Assembly (NCBI GenBank): GCA_963664325.2
Contig: CAXXDQ010000003.1
Span: 224,001-288,000, forward strand
Length of the DNA stretch: 64,000 nucleotides
Source of the DNA: Desulfomonilia bacterium
GTDB taxonomy: Bacteria > Desulfobacterota > Desulfomonilia > UBA1062
Direction of reading: 5' to 3'
In this document: positions 58,915-64,000 of the stretch, piece by piece
Position numbering within the stretch: position 1 is the first letter of the stretch
How the letters are laid out: each line of letters starts with the position of its first letter
Notes under the pieces: generated by a model
Told to the model about the DNA's origin: nothing
Databases searched by the model: none
What the model saw: the letters and a program-made list of their open reading frames with translations, nothing else
Translations under genes and position numbers: made by a program

Positions 58915-59694
58915 GTGAACAGTGTAGTATGCATTAAGCAGGTACCTGATACCGAGACATTGATCAAAATTGACGGCTCGGGAATAGGTATTGCGACGGA
59001 CGGTGTCAAATGGGTTATGAATCCCTATGACGAATTTGCAGTAGAAGAGGCCCTTAAACAGAAGGAAAAGGCCGGAGCTGGTAATATAACAATCGTATCG
59101 CTCGGTCCGGATAGGGCAATCGAAACCATCAGAACAGCCCTTGCAATGGGTGCTGATAACGGTATCCATATACAGGATGCCGATTTTGCAGCCAAAGCAG
59201 ACCCTTATGCTACAGCTTCTGCACTTGCTGCAGCAATCAAGGGAATTGCAGATGTAAAGACTATCTGGTGCGGAAAACAGGCCATTGATGATGATGCCGC
59301 CCAGGTTCCGTCAATACTAGGCGAATTGCTCGGTCTTCCGGTTATCACAATGGTCACGAAGTTCGAAGTAGCCGGGGATAAGGCAGTTGCAACAAGAGAA
59401 ATAGAAGGTGGCCAGGCAGTTATTGAAGTACCTCTTCCAGCTATTTTTACGGCACAGAAGGGTCTTAATGAGCCCAGGTATGCATCACTACCCGGAATTA
59501 TGAAGGCAAAGAAGAAGCCGGTTGATGTAAAGACGGCAGCAGACCTTGGTGTCGGCGCAGCAGCGAAGACCGCTATAAAAAATATGACCCTTCCGCCCGC
59601 CCGCCAGGCCGGCAAGAAAATAGAAGGTGACGATGCCGATATTAAGGCAGCAGCACTTGCTAAAGCCCTTAATGAAGAAGCAAAGGTCATCTAG
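58915..59694 (+). CDS. etfB: Electron transfer flavoprotein beta subunit
   Basis: KQVPD, NPYDEFAVE, GKQAIDDD, NEPRY. Confidence 0.96.
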   Translation: MNSVVCIKQVPDTETLIKIDGSGIGIATDGVKWVMNPYDEFAVEEALKQKEKAGAGNITIVSLGPDRAIETIRTALAMGADNGIHIQDADFAAKADPYATASALAAAIKGIADVKTIWCGKQAIDDDAAQVPSILGELLGLPVITMVTKFEVAGDKAVATREIEGGQAVIEVPLPAIFTAQKGLNEPRYASLPGIMKAKKKPVDVKTAADLGVGAAAKTAIKNMTLPPARQAGKKIEGDDADIKAAALAKALNEEAKVI

Positions 59695-59712
59695 GGGAAG
59701 GAGGATAGGACA

Positions 59713-60684
59713 ATGGCAGGAATATTAATAGTAGCGGAAGTTCAAAAAGGCGAAATCAAAAAGGCTGCGTATGAAATAACAAGCAAGGCGAAGACGCTTG
59801 GAGGCGAGGTTTCAGCGGTTATAGTAGGTTCAGGTGTAGCTTCTCTTGCAGGCAATCTTGCGAAGTTCGGGGCGGATAAAATCTTTGTTGTTGATGCACC
59901 TGATTATGCCAACTATTCAACAGAAGCCTATGTACAGGCAGTTGCAGCGGTTGTGGCGAAGGTCAGCCCGTCGGTGATTCTGATTGCGGCGTCTGCACAG
60001 GGTAAAGATCTGACGCCGGCCCTTGCCGCCAGGCTTGGCGTAGGTTCCATATCCGACGTAGTCGACCTTAGTATGGAAGGCGGCAAGGTTGTTGCAAAAA
60101 GGCCGATATATGCCGGCAAGGCATATACAATGATAGAGTGTGTTGCAGATCCGCAGGTAATCTCAGTAAGACCGAATTCATTTATTGCTTCAGAGGTAGC
60201 GGGCGCGGGTGCAATTGAAAATGTAGCGGTTGCACTTGATGCTGCAAAGATCAAAGCTGTTGTTAAATCGGTTGAAGTAGCGGCATCCAAAGAACCGGAT
60301 CAGACAGAAGCTGAAATTATTGTATCCGGTGGCCGTGGCATGAAAGGTCCTGATGAGTTTAATATTCTCCGTGAACTGGCAAAGGCACTGGGACCAACAG
60401 CAACAATCGGTGCATCCCGTGCAGCAGTTGATGCCGGCTGGATCGGACATGGTTATCAGGTCGGACAAACAGGAAAGACCGTCAGCCCCAATCTGTATAT
60501 TGCATGCGGTATCTCAGGCGCAATCCAGCATCTTGCAGGTATGGGTACCTCCAAGGTGATTGTGGCAATAAATAAGGATGCCGAGGCTCCTATATTCAGC
60601 AAGGCAGACTTTGGTGTAGTCGATGACCTTTTCAAGGTTGTTCCTGCACTTACCAATGAAGTCAAGAAAATAAAGGGAGCCTAA
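59713..60684 (+). CDS. etfA: Electron transfer flavoprotein alpha subunit
   Basis: [26 protein letters not shown]. Confidence 0.96.
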   Translation: MAGILIVAEVQKGEIKKAAYEITSKAKTLGGEVSAVIVGSGVASLAGNLAKFGADKIFVVDAPDYANYSTEAYVQAVAAVVAKVSPSVILIAASAQGKDLTPALAARLGVGSISDVVDLSMEGGKVVAKRPIYAGKAYTMIECVADPQVISVRPNSFIASEVAGAGAIENVAVALDAAKIKAVVKSVEVAASKEPDQTEAEIIVSGGRGMKGPDEFNILRELAKALGPTATIGASRAAVDAGWIGHGYQVGQTGKTVSPNLYIACGISGAIQHLAGMGTSKVIVAINKDAEAPIFSKADFGVVDDLFKVVPALTNEVKKIKGA

Positions 60685-60691
60685 CCTAGAA

Positions 60692-60721
60692 GAAAAAAGG
60701 GCGGGGATCTCCCGTCCTTTT
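60692..60721 (+). terminator. Stem-loop/terminator after etfA
   Basis: AAAAGGGCGGG-GATCT-CCCGTCCTTTT. Confidence 0.65.
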
Positions 60722-60816
60722 ATTTCGCAAATACGGGGCGGCATGCAGTAATGAGCTGCATGCGGCCCGGTTTTTGGGAATAAGGTAGTGATTATCAAAG
60801 CTCTATAGGGGGATAT

Positions 60817-62970
60817 ATGATCGCTTCTTCTGGTATCACGAGAGAGATATTCTGGAATGTCAAGGGAGACGGATTCCCGATTGTTGAGCCGCTTACCTAC
60901 ATACTGGCGCTTGTTGCAATTGTGATAATGATCCATGGTCTGTATGTCGGTGGTTTTTGGACCAGGTTGAAAATTGCAATGAAGGCAACCGGAACAGAAA
61001 CAAACAGGCTTAATAATATTGGAAAACGAATTTGGGATACAATTGTTGATGTGTTTGGCCATAAGAAAATACTTAGAGAGCCATTCCAGGGCATAATGCA
61101 CTTCCTGATATTCTGGGGGTTTGTAATCCTGTTTGCAGGCGCAGGAATTGATTTCTTGCAGGTCGATGTCATTGAGCCTATATTCCATTATCATTTCATG
61201 GAAAACGGTTTGTATATAGGATATTCACTGATAACTGATACTGCCGGCCTCATGGTAATAATCGGTCTCCTGATGGCGCTTTACCGCCGCTATGTGATGA
61301 AGCCTGCATGGCTTGATGAAAAACCGGAAGACAAGTGGATACTTTGGCTGCTTCTGGCAATTATCATCACTGGCTTTATGGTTGAGGGGCTTCGTATGCA
61401 GTCGACAGAAGCCCAGCCGGGCAATCCTATGCACAACTATATGTGGGCCAGTTATGTTGGTTATGTATTTTCCCTTATATTCAGTGCAATGAGCGTGCAG
61501 GCTGCAAAATCCACGCACCTGGTTGTCTGGTGGGTGCATTTCTTCACCGCGCTGGTATTCTTTGTATTGATAGCTTACACCAAACTGCTTCATATATTTA
61601 CTATTCCGGCAAACGTTCTGCTCAAGTCCGATGCGGCTGTTCCCCAGATCAAGTTCATGCCGCCTGAAATGTTCGAAAATGCCGAGACGTTCGGGATACA
61701 CAATGCCGAAGAATATTCATGGAAAGATATATTCGATACGGATGCATGTGTACGGTGCGGCAGATGTGTTGAAGTATGCCCGGCAAACCTTACCGACAAA
61801 CCTCTCAAACCGAGAGATGTAATACAGAACCTCAGGTCCCATCTTGAAGCCAAGTCCAAGCTGATCATCGGCCCGGACGGCAAGGTCAAGGCAATTCCCG
61901 ACGATCAATACACAGGTCCGCAGCTAATAGGTGATGCAATATCGCCAGATACGTTATGGGCATGTACGACATGTATGGCGTGTGTAGAGGCATGCCCCGC
62001 TTATATTACACAGTTTCCGAAACTTATTGACCTCAGGCGTTATCTGGTCATGATGATGTCCGACTTCCCGCCCGAAGTGCAGGTTGTCTTCAAGGGTTTT
62101 GAGAACAATTCCAACCCGTGGTGCATCGGTGCTCACAGCCGCGGCGATTGGACAAAGACCTGCAGTTCGATTACCCTTAGCGATGGAACTATTAAAGAGC
62201 TGCACATACCGCTTATGTCCGAAAAGGGAGGTGCTGAATATCTGTTCTATATCGGATGTGCAGGATCTTTTGATGAAAGAAACAAGAAAGTCACGATTGC
62301 ACTTGCCAAACTGTTTAACGAAGCAGGTCTTGATTACGCAATACTTGGCACTGAGGAAGGCTGCTGCGGTGATTCTGCAAAGAAGATTGGAAACGAGTAC
62401 ATTTACCAGGCACTTGCAATGGCCAATATAGAGACGTTTAAGACATACAATGTTAAAAAGATCATTACTTTGTGTCCGCACGGGTACAATACGCTTAAGC
62501 ACGATTACAAGGAACTTGGCGGAGACTTTGAAGTCTATCACTATACTGAGATTCTTGACGGCCTTATCAAGAGCGGCAAGATTAAGATGAAAAAGAAAAT
62601 TGAAGGACTTGGGAACATCACACTGCACGACTCGTGCTATCTCGGACGCTACAATAAAATATATGAACAGCCGAGAAACATACTGTCATCTCTCAATAGT
62701 GGCAGTCTGGTTGAAATGGCCAGCCATCATGCAAAGAGCTTCTGCTGCGGCGCAGGCGGCGGCAGGATGTGGATGGAAGAACACCTTGGAACACGTATAA
62801 ACCAGAAGAGGACGCAGCAAGCGTTGGCAACCGGTGCGAAAACCGTCTGTACCGCATGCCCATTCTGTCTCACCATGATTTCCGACGGCATTAAAGAGCT
62901 TGGGTTCGAAGAAAAACTACAGAGTTTTGATATCGCAGAACTGGTAGTTAAAGCAGCTGAACTCGAATAG
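60817..62970 (+). CDS. Membrane Fe-S oxidoreductase (NarI-like heme b + 2x4Fe-4S + CCG), ETF:menaquinone oxidoreductase/FadF type
   Basis: TM helices with His; CVRCGRCVEVCP, CTTCMACVEACP; CCG motifs (EGCCG, CCGAGG, CPFC); downstream of etfBA. Confidence 0.9.
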   Translation: MIASSGITREIFWNVKGDGFPIVEPLTYILALVAIVIMIHGLYVGGFWTRLKIAMKATGTETNRLNNIGKRIWDTIVDVFGHKKILREPFQGIMHFLIFWGFVILFAGAGIDFLQVDVIEPIFHYHFMENGLYIGYSLITDTAGLMVIIGLLMALYRRYVMKPAWLDEKPEDKWILWLLLAIIITGFMVEGLRMQSTEAQPGNPMHNYMWASYVGYVFSLIFSAMSVQAAKSTHLVVWWVHFFTALVFFVLIAYTKLLHIFTIPANVLLKSDAAVPQIKFMPPEMFENAETFGIHNAEEYSWKDIFDTDACVRCGRCVEVCPANLTDKPLKPRDVIQNLRSHLEAKSKLIIGPDGKVKAIPDDQYTGPQLIGDAISPDTLWACTTCMACVEACPAYITQFPKLIDLRRYLVMMMSDFPPEVQVVFKGFENNSNPWCIGAHSRGDWTKTCSSITLSDGTIKELHIPLMSEKGGAEYLFYIGCAGSFDERNKKVTIALAKLFNEAGLDYAILGTEEGCCGDSAKKIGNEYIYQALAMANIETFKTYNVKKIITLCPHGYNTLKHDYKELGGDFEVYHYTEILDGLIKSGKIKMKKKIEGLGNITLHDSCYLGRYNKIYEQPRNILSSLNSGSLVEMASHHAKSFCCGAGGGRMWMEEHLGTRINQKRTQQALATGAKTVCTACPFCLTMISDGIKELGFEEKLQSFDIAELVVKAAELE

Positions 62971-62990
62971 TTATTGTAAGAAAATTCATT

Positions 62991-63025
62991 AAAAATAGGG
63001 GTACTTAAAGTACCCCTATTTTTTT
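62991..63025 (+). terminator. Rho-independent terminator
   Basis: AAAAATAGGGGTACT-TAA-AGTACCCCTATTTTTTT. Confidence 0.85.
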
Positions 63026-63076
63026 CTTGCCTTCTGATAACCTCTAAGTATACCTCAATATCAGGGGTACTATCGC

Positions 63077-63835
63077 ATGAAAATCGGTTTTCTGGTTAAA
63101 GATAAAGCTCAGCTTGAAAACCTTATAAAAGGCCTCAAGAACCAAGGTTGCGATACAGCAGTTTATATTGCCCCCGACCAATTAAAATCAATTGATATTA
63201 TGAAACTTTCTGAATTTATATATGAAACAGATTGTGATGTCATACATAATGAATTAGGTACACTTCCGCTTGCTTTGAATCAGGGAGGAATAACTCCCAT
63301 TTTAACTATCTTGTATTCCTGCCTGAGTGATGAGGATTTATTCATTGTCACCTCTTCCTCTAAGAGATGTTATTTTGCATCGGATAATATGGCGCTTTTC
63401 CCCAAGGAAATATTAAACAGGGCCTTTACGCTGAACGGATCGGACATAACAGGTTCATATTATGGAATTTATGAGAATATTCAAAAGGAAACAGCACGAG
63501 TTGACAGAAGACCATGGGGCTTTTATGAGGTTCTATCCGATAAGAATGATCACAAGGTGAAGAGGATTACTGTAAATCCGGGTAAAAGGCTTAGTCTGCA
63601 GTCTCATAAAATGAGGTCCGAGCACTGGATAGTTGTAAAAGGCAAGGGAGTTGTTACCATTAATGACAATAATTTTGAACTTGGAGAGGGCGAATCAATA
63701 GACATCGTGAAAGGAGCAGCCCATCGTATTTTAAATCCGGATGAGATCCCACTTGTATTCATTGAAATTCAAATGGGGGATTATTTCGGTGAGGATGATA
63801 TTATAAGATTTGAGGATGATTTCGGGAGAATCTGA
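63077..63835 (+). CDS. Mannose-6-phosphate isomerase type II cupin with an uncharacterised N-terminal domain
   Basis: RPWGFYEVL...VKRITVNPGKRLSLQSH..RSEHW...EIQ.G.Y.GEDDIIRFEDDFGR. Confidence 0.85.
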   Translation: MKIGFLVKDKAQLENLIKGLKNQGCDTAVYIAPDQLKSIDIMKLSEFIYETDCDVIHNELGTLPLALNQGGITPILTILYSCLSDEDLFIVTSSSKRCYFASDNMALFPKEILNRAFTLNGSDITGSYYGIYENIQKETARVDRRPWGFYEVLSDKNDHKVKRITVNPGKRLSLQSHKMRSEHWIVVKGKGVVTINDNNFELGEGESIDIVKGAAHRILNPDEIPLVFIEIQMGDYFGEDDIIRFEDDFGRI

Positions 63836-63837
63836 TC

Positions 63838-64000
63838 ATGCATAACGAAAAGTACTATAAAGAGGTTAATAAAAAACTCCTCAATGAGGCACAAAAAGCA
63901 GGACTTTCTATTATTGAAGACAAAATAAATCGCAGGGGCGGCGTATGTCGCCTTGATGAAAAAATAATTGTAATCTATGACAGGAATACTGTTTGGCAGG
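63838..64000 (+). CDS. Hypothetical protein, partial (runs off the right edge)
   Basis: MHNESTIKRL...RGGVCRLDEKIIVIYD, open to the window end. Confidence 0.55.
   Translation, partial: MHNEKYYKEVNKKLLNEAQKAGLSIIEDKINRRGGVCRLDEKIIVIYDRNTVWQ

Noticed and set aside
60514-62628. Long minus-strand ORFs (226 and 224 aa)
   Set aside because: Antisense to etfA and the Fe-S oxidoreductase; no motifs.

Overview
Gene-dense chromosomal segment of an anaerobic deltaproteobacterium (Desulfobacterota/Syntrophales-like by inference from the acs-fadR-had/ech-etfBA-EMO module, pilBTC and tupABC). No rRNA, tRNA, CRISPR, integrase or transposase was seen. All family assignments are by eye from motifs; no searches were run. 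Main candidate novel system: a ~19 kb Mo/W island (3.5-22.2 kb). It couples modE, a cytochrome c maturation pair and a Sec-exported diheme protein with a Cys-less sulfite-oxidase (SUOX)-like domain. It also encodes a TonB-ExbBD/TonB-dependent receptor operon headed by three paralogous lipoproteins that appear to be built from tandem degenerate SUOX-like domains, plus a phosphoesterase, Mop, tupABC with two binding proteins and a TaoR-like regulator. Three ModE-type boxes sit at the island promoters. The inferred function is outer-membrane scavenging of Mo/W-pterin cofactor or chelated Mo/W. Second: a HEAT-ParA-coiled-coil operon (46.5-49.2 kb) resembling the myxobacterial PomYZX division-site system. 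Third: a PopZ/RomR-like acidic scaffold upstream of valS. A candidate anti-SD small RNA is also present. valS, lpdA and the TaoR-like gene are frameshifted, probably by sequencing/assembly errors.
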